From the IMG/VR virus record IMGVR_UViG_3300025010_002040: a stretch of DNA of 64,000 bases. One strand, 5' to 3'. The translations under genes were made by a program, and so were the position numbers. Below the pieces are notes generated by a model, which made no database searches, was not told the DNA's origin, and saw nothing but the letters and a program-made list of their open reading frames with translations. This stretch comes from an uncultured virus (IMG/VR IMGVR_UViG_3300025010_002040) (Duplodnaviria; Heunggongvirae; Uroviricota; Caudoviricetes). This document shows positions 27,451-38,175 of this stretch, piece by piece; position 1 is the first letter of the stretch, and each line of letters opens with the position of its first letter.

Positions 27451-29902
27451 ATTCTTCTTCTCCTAAGATATTTCCATATTTTTTGTTTCTGTTCGAAAAT
27501 GATGGTTTACCACCGTCTAATATCTTCATGATATTAAGTTTATCATCAACATTTTCAATAAAATAATTAGTGTATGTGATATTGCCATCATTTTCAGCAT
27601 AAATATAATTAAATGCATCACCATAAACTGCTACTGATGGGTTATGTGTAACAAAAATCAGCTGTTTATCTCGTTTTTTTGACTTAATTAATGGAACGAG
27701 GTAATTACTTATATAATCATTATCAATATTATCTTCTGGTTGATCAAACATAAGAATGCTTTCAGAAAGATCAAAAATTAAATCAAGATAGGCAACGCTT
27801 TGCATGCCTAAGGATGCGTTAGATAAGTTGGTGATTGACCCCTCATCTAATAGTTTCAAAATATCATTGTAATTATTAATCTCTAAATTTGGAACCGACT
27901 TGCTGTTCATTTGATAGAACTCTTTCTTAGGTAAAAATATATCACTGTTTATGAACTTTTTCAAACCATCTGTCATATTCGATACTGTAGATTTTAGATT
28001 TTTTTCACCATTAACATATTTTTCTAGTAATGTAATAGAATTCGTATCGTTCTTTAGCTTTGATATTGAGTTTGTTAATTCTTCAACGAGCAGATCAGTA
28101 ATGTTATCTGGAATTTTATATGTAGTAACAAACATATATTTATTTACAATGGCTTTACCTATTTGTGGAGCATCTAAAGTGAAATTATTCAGCAAATGTT
28201 TTAATTTATTAAACTCAAGCAAAATTGAAAAGTTATTTTTTAGACTGGTCAATATTTGATTAATCTCACGTCTTAGATCTGTCATAACTCTCTGCAGTTC
28301 AGTTTTCCCCTTATTTACTACACCAATTCTTGTGTTATGGTTGTCAAAAATGGAATTGTAGAGATCATATAATTTCTTGAAATATGCGTGATTTTTTTTC
28401 AAGACTGAGAGCTGAACACTTATACGTTCACTGTTTATTCCTGTTGAAGAAATATCGGTCTTTATTTTATTCAACATCGTTTCAGCATTAGTGAAATATC
28501 CATCAATTGTGGTGAAGTTGAGTTTATTGTGAATAGTAAAAGTGAAGAAATCCAGTCTCCTAATTTGCTTGACTATTGAAGTTATGCTCTTGTAGTTTTT
28601 ATCGTATGGTTTAACCCCTAGAGCAATAGATAGTACTAGTTCCAACTTTGATTTGTCATATGGTGCAAGTATCGGAAACTTACTAGAAATTGTTTGTAAT
28701 GCTCTATCTGGGTTCTCGTAAACCTCTTTAATTTTATCCTGCTTTATTATAGCTATTGATGATAACTGTCCTTCTGAAAGTGGGATTCCATCATAGTAAT
28801 TACCAGAAATGTTTTTAATGTCAAATGCTTTATATTCTTTAATATCCAAACTCTCGCGATTACTTAATCTTTCAATAACAGATAGTAAAAGCGATTTACC
28901 GCTACCACGTTTCCCTACTATAACATTCAAACCAGGTGAAAATTGGATGGGATGTTGAACGCCTTTCATACTAAACTGTACGGAACCAAGTATATTACCA
29001 GGAATAACCACTTCGTTATCAGTAGTTCTTATGATTCTCGACTTAGGATCAAGAACAGCCATTTCAAACGAATCAAAATATGTATCGTAAGATCCGAAAA
29101 TGAAGTTATTCAAAACTGGTGAGTAAGGTTCGGAGTTGTGCCAATCACTAAAAGTAAAATATGAGAAATATGAACCGTAGTTAACAATATACTCATACAA
29201 TGCCTTCTCGTCATCTTCAAGCGTGTAGTTTACATCATGGATTCTTTTTCTGATATTATCGAGTAATGTTTTTCTATCTTGCTCTGTCTTATCATTAAGT
29301 ATCTCATCAGCTCTTACTGAATGTGTATAAAAGTTTGCTGCCCATTCATTTTGGCTGATTTCATTAAAGCTCGGTCTAACATCATATGCGCTAAAAATTT
29401 TATACATCGCAAATTTGTATATATCATCTTTAGAAATATCGTCGAGATACTTTAAAACATCAACAATCCCTTTCGCTTTATTACCTTCGGGTATAAGTAT
29501 AAACTTCGTTTTTAACCGAAATAATCCAGCAATTATCTCACTTAATAATGGTTTTTTCCCGTCTTTGTAAAGTTCAGTAATAATAGGGTTTATTTTTGTC
29601 ATATCGACATTTGGAGAAAAATATGTTCCCATTTGAAAAAAGTTATTAGTGTCTACATAAACATCTAACTCAACCCCATAAATCAGTCTAATATTTTTAT
29701 CCATTATATAATCTGTCAGTTTCGAATAAAAATCACAATCGAAAACATTATGATCAGTCACACTAAAAACTTCAACACCAGCATTAAGCAATATGTTTGC
29801 AAAAGATTGTGCATCCATTTCTTTGACTCTACCATTATCCTTGTGTTTTGAAGCAAATGAATGCATATGTAAATCATACTTAAGCCATTTCGATTTGTTC
29901 AT
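27431..29902 (-). CDS. PHP phosphoesterase plus ABC/AAA ATPase fusion (Ppl/TrlF-like defence protein)
   Basis: DLHMHS, VTDHN, GVE and SDWH (PHP); GKRGSGKS, ASLGM, FDQPEDNID and VTHN (ABC-type ATPase). Confidence 0.85.
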   Translation of the reverse strand: MNKSKWLKYDLHMHSFASKHKDNGRVKEMDAQSFANILLNAGVEVFSVTDHNVFDCDFYSKLTDYIMDKNIRLIYGVELDVYVDTNNFFQMGTYFSPNVDMTKINPIITELYKDGKKPLLSEIIAGLFRLKTKFILIPEGNKAKGIVDVLKYLDDISKDDIYKFAMYKIFSAYDVRPSFNEISQNEWAANFYTHSVRADEILNDKTEQDRKTLLDNIRKRIHDVNYTLEDDEKALYEYIVNYGSYFSYFTFSDWHNSEPYSPVLNNFIFGSYDTYFDSFEMAVLDPKSRIIRTTDNEVVIPGNILGSVQFSMKGVQHPIQFSPGLNVIVGKRGSGKSLLLSVIERLSNRESLDIKEYKAFDIKNISGNYYDGIPLSEGQLSSIAIIKQDKIKEVYENPDRALQTISSKFPILAPYDKSKLELVLSIALGVKPYDKNYKSITSIVKQIRRLDFFTFTIHNKLNFTTIDGYFTNAETMLNKIKTDISSTGINSERISVQLSVLKKNHAYFKKLYDLYNSIFDNHNTRIGVVNKGKTELQRVMTDLRREINQILTSLKNNFSILLEFNKLKHLLNNFTLDAPQIGKAIVNKYMFVTTYKIPDNITDLLVEELTNSISKLKNDTNSITLLEKYVNGEKNLKSTVSNMTDGLKKFINSDIFLPKKEFYQMNSKSVPNLEINNYNDILKLLDEGSITNLSNASLGMQSVAYLDLIFDLSESILMFDQPEDNIDNDYISNYLVPLIKSKKRDKQLIFVTHNPSVAVYGDAFNYIYAENDGNITYTNYFIENVDDKLNIMKILDGGKPSFSNRNKKYGNILGEEEYGNNNI

Positions 29903-30090
29903 TATATTATCCCCTCCTTGACTCGTCGTAATTATATAAAAAAAACTCTATAAGATTATTATAGAGCTAATACATGATAAATACAAAATTTATTTATATT
30001 TAACACATTCCAATATTCGTTTTTTTGAAGTAATCAAATACAAATTTTGTGATTTTGCCAGATGTTGAAAACATTCTTATGTCATTTGTA

Positions 30091-31713
30091 TTAATGTGTT
30101 CTTGATAATCGTCTGGTTTGCAATTTCTTCCAAATATTACGGAATTCCTTACATGTTTTATCACTAATTCCCAAAATATCAATCAAAATGACACTATCAA
30201 TAAGATCCATCACAACTTCAATAGCACTTCCTTTGCGAATTAAATCGTCTACTTTTTTGAGTGTCTCTAGCAATAAAGCATTATCAATATTATCGATAAT
30301 AGGCAAATAAATATCTCCTACTTCACTCGGTAAAATTTCAAGTACTCCACCACCATAACTACGACCGTTAATTTCAGTGAATGTCATAGATATGCTATTA
30401 TAATAAGACAGCAATACTATATTTGGATTCACTCCTTCACGAAATTTTATTCTGTGCATAGTATCAGTCGATATCGCATTGATCTTATTGATGACAAATT
30501 TAGGATATAGATTGTTTCTTCTTAAGAAAAAAGCGTCAGGAATCCAAATTGAAGGTACAACGTACCATTTATCACGTATTCTACATTTATAACCAGTATT
30601 TGCTTCGTTATTTACACCATACTCGATGTACTTTTTGTACCCATCTTTCAAAAGATTATCATTTTCGGGAAAATGAACTAAATATGATCTTCTACCTTTT
30701 TTGACATTAAATTCTGCATCACTTTTTGTATAGAAAATACCATGGACATGTGAACTTTTACCTATTAACGGTATACAAACTTCACTTAGATCGTAATTAA
30801 TTTTAGTTTCATCAGTAACTGAAAAATATGAGTTGTTTCCAGTTGTGACACCTACATTGATTATCGCATAATCAGAAAATTTCTTAAAACGAGCATCTTT
30901 CTTTATGGAAGATATAGCCGAAATTTCACTGCTATCCACAAAGTATTTTGTCCATTTTTCTGAAGTATTATTTGTTTTTATAAAAGGTATAGTGTCAATA
31001 TCTAGGTTATCAATATCAGAAACATTTGTCATTTGTATGACTCGGATTCCTTTATGTTTTAATCCTTTTTTTGCAATGAGAACTACAACCTCTTGCTCAA
31101 TGTCCGAAAATATTAACTCTGTAAATGTGAGCAAAGTAATCTCACTGTATTTAGAGATTAACAGATCACGCAATTGTCTAGCGTATACAACTTGTAGCAA
31201 CTCTGCTGGTAAGACAAAAACCATTGTACCATTATTGCTCAAAAGGGTTGTTGATGCCACTACAAAGGCAACCCATGAATTTATTAGTTTATTAGGGACT
31301 AGTCCTTCATGAATTAGCATTTCTGACATTTCATTTCTTTGTAATTCTGTTAAATATTGATATCTGATATATGGTGGATTCCCTATGATTAAATCAAATG
31401 AATTATTTATATTATCTAAGTAAAACTTAAAAAAATCTTCATGGACTATTTCTATATTAGATTTACTCCCATATTTTACAGAAAGCTTTGTGGTCTCTTC
31501 TTCGTTAATTTCAACTGCTGTAATCTTTGTACTTTTTCTCAATCCTGACTCAATTATTGCGTCTATAAAAACACCGTCACCGCAACTCGGTTCAAGTACG
31601 TTTTTATAGTCGGATAGACGTATGAATTTGTTAACTATAGAAGTAGCTAAATCATACGGTGTATAATACGCTCCTCTTAGTTTGATCTCTTCAGTATTAC
31701 TCTTTAGCTTCAT
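30091..31713 (-). CDS. N6-adenine DNA methyltransferase, companion of the type IIG enzyme
   Basis: GAYYTP, EPSCGDG and GNPPY motifs. Confidence 0.9.
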   Translation of the reverse strand: MKLKSNTEEIKLRGAYYTPYDLATSIVNKFIRLSDYKNVLEPSCGDGVFIDAIIESGLRKSTKITAVEINEEETTKLSVKYGSKSNIEIVHEDFFKFYLDNINNSFDLIIGNPPYIRYQYLTELQRNEMSEMLIHEGLVPNKLINSWVAFVVASTTLLSNNGTMVFVLPAELLQVVYARQLRDLLISKYSEITLLTFTELIFSDIEQEVVVLIAKKGLKHKGIRVIQMTNVSDIDNLDIDTIPFIKTNNTSEKWTKYFVDSSEISAISSIKKDARFKKFSDYAIINVGVTTGNNSYFSVTDETKINYDLSEVCIPLIGKSSHVHGIFYTKSDAEFNVKKGRRSYLVHFPENDNLLKDGYKKYIEYGVNNEANTGYKCRIRDKWYVVPSIWIPDAFFLRRNNLYPKFVINKINAISTDTMHRIKFREGVNPNIVLLSYYNSISMTFTEINGRSYGGGVLEILPSEVGDIYLPIIDNIDNALLLETLKKVDDLIRKGSAIEVVMDLIDSVILIDILGISDKTCKEFRNIWKKLQTRRLSRTH

Positions 31714-34709
31714 TTGTTCCCCTCAATAAGTTTGAATATCATTCTTATTTGATTATTTATATTTTCTATCAATGCTTGCTTTTTACTTTCAAGTATCATC
31801 GCTCTTTTACGTACCTTTTCATTTACTAAGTTAGTATTAATCTGTCTAATATGTTGAGCTGATTCTGTTATATTCCTATGAATTTCTTCCTCAAATTTAT
31901 TACTTAAATCAAGCGGATATATCAATATTTGATTCAGAATTGATGTTCCTCTAGAATAGAACCCATTTTCAAAAGGACTGCCTAAGTCTCTTACTAATTC
32001 TTCTATTATTTCAGAATTTAACCATGCTTGAATATACTCCAAACTGTATGGACTACAATCTTTTACAGCTATAGCACAATAGCCTGCTGTTCCACCAGAA
32101 GCTATAAGCATATTATCTTCATCAATACAATACATTGGAGTGTCACTCAAAATTCGTACAATTATCTTTGTACGACTATTGAAAGAAGTCAATGCTTGAG
32201 TACGTCCATATTGGTACCAAGTATCGTGAGTACTATTTGGAACATCTCTAGTTCCAATTGTAGGATCTATTTGTTTTGGCACCAATAAACTATAACAATC
32301 CATCAAGTATTCCCATGTTTTTGGATACATTTCAATCATTACACTCTTTTCGATCAAATTGCCACTTAGATCATATGGAAAAATAATAAATTTGTCAGTA
32401 GACAATTTATCATATGTTGTAAAGCCTTTTTGATTACGCAAAGTAGGTTTAAAATAAGGTCTAAGGATCGATTTTTCGATATGATATGTTTTCTTATTTC
32501 GGACCACTGATATAAGGCTGTCATTCTGATCACATATTTCAGATTGAGAGAACCAATATATAGGTTTCGGTCTTTCCGCTGATGTTTGAATTCCGTTAAA
32601 AATATCAACATAATTTATGATGCTCTTCATACAATGATTATATGCTTCTTTAAATGCTACAGAGTGTAAGCTCCATGCATCATTAGCAATGTTTTCCACA
32701 CTGATTTCACCAGATAGTAGCACTTTACTAAGTAGTAAATCATCAAGATTGCTAACTTTGTTATATTTAAGTGTTGAATTATCAACTTTCTTTTTTGAGG
32801 CAAAGAATAGCGATGTATATGTTGTCTTGTCCTCAAAAAGCTGTGTATCACCAAAATCAAACACTTCGATGCTCGATAACTCAGATACAAGTATTTCTCT
32901 TAACATAATACCCGAGTTTATTTTCATAAATTTGTTTGGAATTATAAAACCCAAGACACCATTGTCTCTCAACAAATGAATTGATCTTTCAACAAACAAA
33001 AAGTATTTGTCAAACTGCTTGTATGCCGCCTGATAATTTTGTTTGTAGTACTCAATTTCTATTGGACTTAATAGTTTATACATTCCCTCTGTATTGACAT
33101 AGGGTGGGTTACCAACTATTACATCGAATCCAGAAAAATCATTAAACTTGGTCCAACTAAACGGAACAATTGAGAATTCATCCTGTGAGGTAATAGAATC
33201 ATTATCGAACACATTAGTATTAACCAGTGAATTCCCAAATAAAATATTATTATCAAGCTTTGGTAATAGTGATGTTGATTTATCAAGTGTCGCAGATGTT
33301 TCACCTTCAAGCAGCTTAATTAACAGTGAGAATTTCGATACTTCAACTGCTTGAAGGTCTATATCTACACCATACATACAGTTAATCAATATTTTTCTTT
33401 TGTCAGCGAATGTTAATTTAGGAAAACCAGATTCAGAGAACTCAATTGAAGTCGGTTCATTTTCTTCATACCATTCAACACAGTATTCTTGCAATTGAGA
33501 ATACATCTCGACTAAAAAGACCCCTGAGCCGCAGCTTATATCAGCGAAGCGAAGTTTGACAATATCTGATGGTGTTAATCCATTCACCTTTCTATCTAGT
33601 ACGTTTTTCACAATAGTTCGTACTATTTCAATAGGAGTTGATATTATAGATTTATCAACATAGTCTTTTTTCTTCAATAAAACAATTTCATCGGCAATGA
33701 TGGATATTTTTTCAGTAATAAATAATTCGTATATTTTGCCCAATATGCTTGGTTCAATAATATTAAAAAGATATGGGCTCTCTGGATAATATAGTTCCTT
33801 AATAATGTTATAAATTACCAAATTATTCAAATCAAACATTATTCCTTGGCCGCTAAAGATGCCTGAATTGAATCGAGCATCAGCATCTTTGAAAAGCTCA
33901 TTTAGTTTATTAAGTCCTAGATCAATATCATCAAAACTGCTTTTAAGTTGATGGTATGTAGATATGTTTCGATCCTCACATATACGCAAAAAAATGAGCT
34001 TATTAATAAACCTTTGAATTTCATCATCTAGATAATCAAGGTTTGAATACATAGCATAATTTGTGTTGACTAGGTTTTTTGCAAGCGAAACACGCCAATT
34101 ATTCATTTGGTTTAAAAAGTACTTATCAATTGGGAGTATCGTTCTTGATAGTTCAAAAGAACCTTCAAGAATACTATCAAATTCACCACTGTAGACGATG
34201 TCCTTTGATATAATGCCTTTAATCTCATCGTATCTTGTTATATACTCGGTGTAATGGAATATCTTGTATCTTGATTTGCTTACAGAGTCAGTATTTAACG
34301 GGGGTTGTTTTGTATCGTAAATTACCAAATATTCGAAATTCGTCAATATTGCAATTTTATGATTGGCGTTCCATCCGTACTTTCTTGTTTGCAATGCTGA
34401 ATTATCGGAGTGTAATATATCCACCGAAGGTTTCTTTGCCTCAACGAATAATTTACTTATACCTCTTAATGTCAAAGTATAATCAGGTCTAGACATGTTC
34501 TCTTCATATTTTTCAACAACAACCTCTTTATACTGTGGTTTATTACCAATACTGTTATAAACATCCCAACCTAAAAACAAAAGTAACTTGTCAATATACT
34601 CAAGTCTGCAGGAAGTTTCATTAAATGCGTTTAATGGATTTTTATAGTATTCAATATTTTCACTAAATCTATCGATTATAATTTGAAAATCCTCTTTTGT
34701 TATAAGCAT
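31710..34709 (-). CDS. Type IIG restriction-modification enzyme (Eco57I-like REase-MTase fusion)
   Basis: N-terminal PD...VEAK nuclease; DISCGSG and GNPPY; C-terminal target recognition region. Confidence 0.9.
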   Translation of the reverse strand: MLITKEDFQIIIDRFSENIEYYKNPLNAFNETSCRLEYIDKLLLFLGWDVYNSIGNKPQYKEVVVEKYEENMSRPDYTLTLRGISKLFVEAKKPSVDILHSDNSALQTRKYGWNANHKIAILTNFEYLVIYDTKQPPLNTDSVSKSRYKIFHYTEYITRYDEIKGIISKDIVYSGEFDSILEGSFELSRTILPIDKYFLNQMNNWRVSLAKNLVNTNYAMYSNLDYLDDEIQRFINKLIFLRICEDRNISTYHQLKSSFDDIDLGLNKLNELFKDADARFNSGIFSGQGIMFDLNNLVIYNIIKELYYPESPYLFNIIEPSILGKIYELFITEKISIIADEIVLLKKKDYVDKSIISTPIEIVRTIVKNVLDRKVNGLTPSDIVKLRFADISCGSGVFLVEMYSQLQEYCVEWYEENEPTSIEFSESGFPKLTFADKRKILINCMYGVDIDLQAVEVSKFSLLIKLLEGETSATLDKSTSLLPKLDNNILFGNSLVNTNVFDNDSITSQDEFSIVPFSWTKFNDFSGFDVIVGNPPYVNTEGMYKLLSPIEIEYYKQNYQAAYKQFDKYFLFVERSIHLLRDNGVLGFIIPNKFMKINSGIMLREILVSELSSIEVFDFGDTQLFEDKTTYTSLFFASKKKVDNSTLKYNKVSNLDDLLLSKVLLSGEISVENIANDAWSLHSVAFKEAYNHCMKSIINYVDIFNGIQTSAERPKPIYWFSQSEICDQNDSLISVVRNKKTYHIEKSILRPYFKPTLRNQKGFTTYDKLSTDKFIIFPYDLSGNLIEKSVMIEMYPKTWEYLMDCYSLLVPKQIDPTIGTRDVPNSTHDTWYQYGRTQALTSFNSRTKIIVRILSDTPMYCIDEDNMLIASGGTAGYCAIAVKDCSPYSLEYIQAWLNSEIIEELVRDLGSPFENGFYSRGTSILNQILIYPLDLSNKFEEEIHRNITESAQHIRQINTNLVNEKVRKRAMILESKKQALIENINNQIRMIFKLIEGNK

Positions 34710-34772
34710 GGTAAACCCTCTCAATTTCTACTGCAGTAAATATAAACCTATTATAACATGAACAACAAGATT

Positions 34773-35171
34773 CTATCCCAAAGTTTTATACCATGATCTC
34801 ACTATTTTATTAACATCAATTCTATTAGACTTGTTATGTACAACACCAGAAATCCATTCATCAAGTGTTAAAGCCTCTTTTATACCAACACTCTTCTTAA
34901 AATCATTGTATTTTAAGATAATATTTGAATATCTTTTAATCTGTTTTTCAACAAGGTCTATCTTATCCAACCAATACAACAACTCACTATCACCTGATGA
35001 ACGTGAACCAGATGATCCAATTCGATCATAAGAAACACCTTTATATCTAATAAGCTTCATATTATAGAACTCTAGTTTTTCCTGGAGTTCCTTTTCTTTT
35101 CTCATCGCTCTTCTTACATCGTCAATCCACCTGTAAAAGGGTTCGTTTAATCCACGATTCGAATGACTCAT
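34773..35171 (-). CDS. Possible late transcriptional regulator (ArpU/RinA-like position)
   Basis: Coiled coil-KGVSYD-coiled coil pattern; last early gene. Confidence 0.45.
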   Translation of the reverse strand: MSHSNRGLNEPFYRWIDDVRRAMRKEKELQEKLEFYNMKLIRYKGVSYDRIGSSGSRSSGDSELLYWLDKIDLVEKQIKRYSNIILKYNDFKKSVGIKEALTLDEWISGVVHNKSNRIDVNKIVRSWYKTLG

Positions 35172-36045
35172 TGGCTGTTTTCCTCCTATGTTCAAATTGC
35201 TTTAAATTTGTTTGAACTGATTCTCTCATGAAAGCGAACTTATCTTCTATAGGTGGATTTGGGTTCTTAGAATACTTAACCACATAATCTACCGCGGATA
35301 AGACATCTTCAAATCCATACCCATGGATTAAATCTTCAAACAAGATATTAAATTTGATGATGTCAAGAGATGACTCATCGATGTATTTGTTTTTGATTAA
35401 AGAATTGGTAATAAAATGTAATTTAGGGAGGCCGTACGGCCCTTTATCTTCTTTATCCTCTTTATCATTTTTTCTTTCTTTTTTCTTTTCTTTTTCTTTT
35501 TGTGTACTTTTGTCGACATTAACTCGGTTATTGTCTGCATTAACTTGATTATTGGTTACAATAATGCCATTTGTGTTATCAATAACCCCATTATTGTCTA
35601 CATTAATGTTTTTTGATGTTTTGTTAAAAATACTGAGTTCCAACATCGTTTTTTCATCCAATAACCAGTATTTGTCCTGACCGGTATTCTTTCTTCTTCT
35701 GGTCGATAAAATGAACTGTTTTTGAATCGATTTTGATGTGATCACATCTTCTTTAAGTAGATCGTAATTAAATAAACCCACTTTCCCACAATAGACAATG
35801 ACCTCTTCAATATCGATTGGGTTTGGTGTCCAGTTCGCACCGATGCTTTTCATGAGCGTTCTTGCGAGTGATGAGACTGATTTTTCTAAATAGTATCCAT
35901 TGGCGTATATCATCGAGAGCAATCTTATATAGATGATTTCACCTAAATAACCAAAAGCGAGATTGAGATCCTGTATCTTTTCATCTTCAAAAATATTCAC
36001 GTCGAGAGGAAAGTATTGTAAGCCTTGTTTGAATGGTCGTGCCAT
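35122..36045 (-). CDS. Phage replication initiator (DUF4373/Lin1244-like)
   Basis: MARPFKQGLQYFPLDV N-terminus and ITSKSIQKQF; internal repeats. Confidence 0.8.
   Translation of the reverse strand: MARPFKQGLQYFPLDVNIFEDEKIQDLNLAFGYLGEIIYIRLLSMIYANGYYLEKSVSSLARTLMKSIGANWTPNPIDIEEVIVYCGKVGLFNYDLLKEDVITSKSIQKQFILSTRRRKNTGQDKYWLLDEKTMLELSIFNKTSKNINVDNNGVIDNTNGIIVTNNQVNADNNRVNVDKSTQKEKEKKKERKNDKEDKEDKGPYGLPKLHFITNSLIKNKYIDESSLDIIKFNILFEDLIHGYGFEDVLSAVDYVVKYSKNPNPPIEDKFAFMRESVQTNLKQFEHRRKTANESFESWIKRTLLQVD
35441..35608. repeat. Putative replication origin: 21-bp iterons plus strand-biased tract within the initiator gene
   Basis: About 4.5 degenerate 21-bp units (ACATTAACTCGGTTATTGTCT-like) at 35516-35608, next to a pyrimidine-rich run at 35441-35501. 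Confidence 0.7.
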
Positions 36046-36104
36046 GAGTTATTCCTTTCCCTAGGTATAGTTAAAAATCGCCCAATAAGAGCTTTTACTA
36101 AATG

Positions 36105-36194
36105 ACACTTGAAAGCCACTTCACGTATACTTGATACACTGTTCGCAGTATATTCATGTGTAGTTCACACTACTGTTCACAAGCATTATCGGTA
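36105..36194. repeat. 11-bp-phased array plus 24-bp box, copy B
   Basis: Units at 36107, 36118, 36129, 36140, 36151, 36162; TACTGTTCACAAGCATTATCGGTA is 23/24 identical to copy A. Confidence 0.75.
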
Positions 36195-36219
36195 AGTGTG
36201 AAGCAGCTAACAGTTGTCT

Positions 36220-36411
36220 CTACTTCATGTTTCTTTGAATGAATTCATCTAAGTGTTCTTGAGTGACTCGCCATTGGTTCCCAACCTTGAAAGCTTTGAT
36301 TTTCTTAGTCTTGATATACTTTAAAAGTGTCGGTCTTTTGACTTGGAGTATCTCTTGAAGCTCATTGATGTTATAGACATTCTCATTTTTCTTTCCGTTG
36401 TTTGTTTCCAT
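36220..36411 (-). CDS. Excisionase-family HTH protein
   Basis: YNINELQEILQV...IKAFKVGNQWRV. Confidence 0.85.
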   Translation of the reverse strand: METNNGKKNENVYNINELQEILQVKRPTLLKYIKTKKIKAFKVGNQWRVTQEHLDEFIQRNMK

Positions 36412-37126
36412 CGTATTCTTTTAGGATCCTTTCGATGAATGTAATTCCGCCTTTATAGACGTATGTTTTGGTTGACTTGATAACAGTTCCACCCGATACC
36501 ACTTTCGCTTCAACAACTCTGAAATACTTCTTATCACAGAAGTCTTGAAACGGTATGTTCTGCTCATCTAAAACATGTGTGGTTCTTAGAATCTTTAGTA
36601 GAACGTCACGACCGATATTTTTGAAGCGAATCACTTCATGAACCATATCTAGATCCACACAACTCGTCGTGCCTAATAAGTTATCAATGGCTTTAATCTT
36701 TGGTGTATTCATTTTGAGTGTAGTTTCTAATACATTCGCTCTTACCTTAAGTTCTTGAAACTCATCCAGGAACTCGATAACCTTATCCGGGTTCTCAAAA
36801 TCCTCAATCTGATAGATACCATAACGGATGAGCTGAGGTAATACGGTACGATATAACCAATCTCCAATCACTTCTGCGTCTTTGCGCTTGGATTGGAAGA
36901 ATATGGTAGATAGGTGGTCTGCGGTAACAAAGAACATATTTTGATGTGTTTTATCGTGGGGAACGCTCACAAGCTTAATACTGGTGTCGTTCAGTTTGGT
37001 CCGGACTTCTGATACGCTTTTAATCTCAAACATGCGACAGAGATCCTTCAGGTTGAAGCAAGGTTCATCATCCACTATCGTGGCACGAACTTTGCCATAG
37101 GCGTTGTGTTCAAACTCTCTAATCAT
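36383..37126 (-). CDS. Phage antirepressor (BRO-N plus KilA-C/ANT-like)
   Basis: GKVRATIVDDEPCFNLKDLC and VLPQLIRYG; C-terminal KYFRVVE...TYVYKGGITFI. Confidence 0.85.
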   Translation of the reverse strand: MIREFEHNAYGKVRATIVDDEPCFNLKDLCRMFEIKSVSEVRTKLNDTSIKLVSVPHDKTHQNMFFVTADHLSTIFFQSKRKDAEVIGDWLYRTVLPQLIRYGIYQIEDFENPDKVIEFLDEFQELKVRANVLETTLKMNTPKIKAIDNLLGTTSCVDLDMVHEVIRFKNIGRDVLLKILRTTHVLDEQNIPFQDFCDKKYFRVVEAKVVSGGTVIKSTKTYVYKGGITFIERILKEYDGNKQRKEK

Positions 37127-37137
37127 AGGTTTTCCCT

Positions 37138-38058
37138 TCATTTTTTCTTTTTGGTAGTTTGGAATAGTGCTGTGCTTATCTGCCACTCAAGATGATTCTT
37201 AGCTTTGCTCAATCGGTGAGCATAAATCTTTGTGGTAGATATGTCTTTGTGACGCATTAATTGCTGTGCTGCATCTAAATCTCCACCCAAGTCCAGCGCT
37301 AAAGAAGCTGCTGTGTGCCTAAGGCTATGGGCAGAATACTTGGGATCATCGATCCCGATATCTCTTAGCATTTCTTTAACCACCATACTAATCATTCGTG
37401 TCCTAAGTCTGGTTCCCTGATAGGGTTTCGTATGATTAATGAAGAGTGGTTTATATTCATCTTGTCGCTCGATCAAATATTCCTCAATCAAGCTATAAAC
37501 TTCTGGAGAGAGTTTGACATACGCATCTTTCTCATCGTGACCTTTACCCATGATGTATAACACCTTGGTTTCATCCACGAAGCTGATATCATCCACATCT
37601 GCTCTTTCCACTTCAATCGTTCTTAATCCGGTTGTTAGTAATAGTGCGATCAGCGCATGATCTCTTTTTCCAATGATGCTCTTACTCGCATAGCGTTTCG
37701 CTCTGTTTAATAGTTTTATGGCCGCTTCAAGTGAAAGTGATTCCCTCTTAAAGTCGGATTCAATCTTCATACCTTTTACACCTTCAGCTGCATTGGGTCC
37801 AAAACCTTCAATGTAGTACCATCGATAAAATCCCCTTATGACTACAATGTGTTTTTGAACGGATGCAGCTCTCAATCTGGACTTCAGTTGTTCACGATAA
37901 GCCATGACATCTTGCCTGGTTGGTAGGTTAGGCAAGCCATCAGCGAACTCAGCGAACTGGGCAAGCATCTTCCCATAGGATCGCTTGGTGTTTTCTTTGA
38001 TATCGAATCTCTGTATATAAATATCGATTATCTCTCGAAAAAAGCCCTTGTCGTCCAT
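37138..38058 (-). CDS. Tyrosine recombinase (XerC/D-like)
   Basis: TGLR, GKG, HSLRH and MRH...TTKIY catalytic set. Confidence 0.92.
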   Translation of the reverse strand: MDDKGFFREIIDIYIQRFDIKENTKRSYGKMLAQFAEFADGLPNLPTRQDVMAYREQLKSRLRAASVQKHIVVIRGFYRWYYIEGFGPNAAEGVKGMKIESDFKRESLSLEAAIKLLNRAKRYASKSIIGKRDHALIALLLTTGLRTIEVERADVDDISFVDETKVLYIMGKGHDEKDAYVKLSPEVYSLIEEYLIERQDEYKPLFINHTKPYQGTRLRTRMISMVVKEMLRDIGIDDPKYSAHSLRHTAASLALDLGGDLDAAQQLMRHKDISTTKIYAHRLSKAKNHLEWQISTALFQTTKKKK

Positions 38059-38175
38059 TTTTATCCTTTCAATGGTTTGTATAATTTGATTTGCGTTGTA
38101 TAATCGGAGTTGTAGAAGGGCGGTCGCTTTTCTACTGGCCAGGTTTGTACCCCAAATACAAACTTGGCGTCTTTT

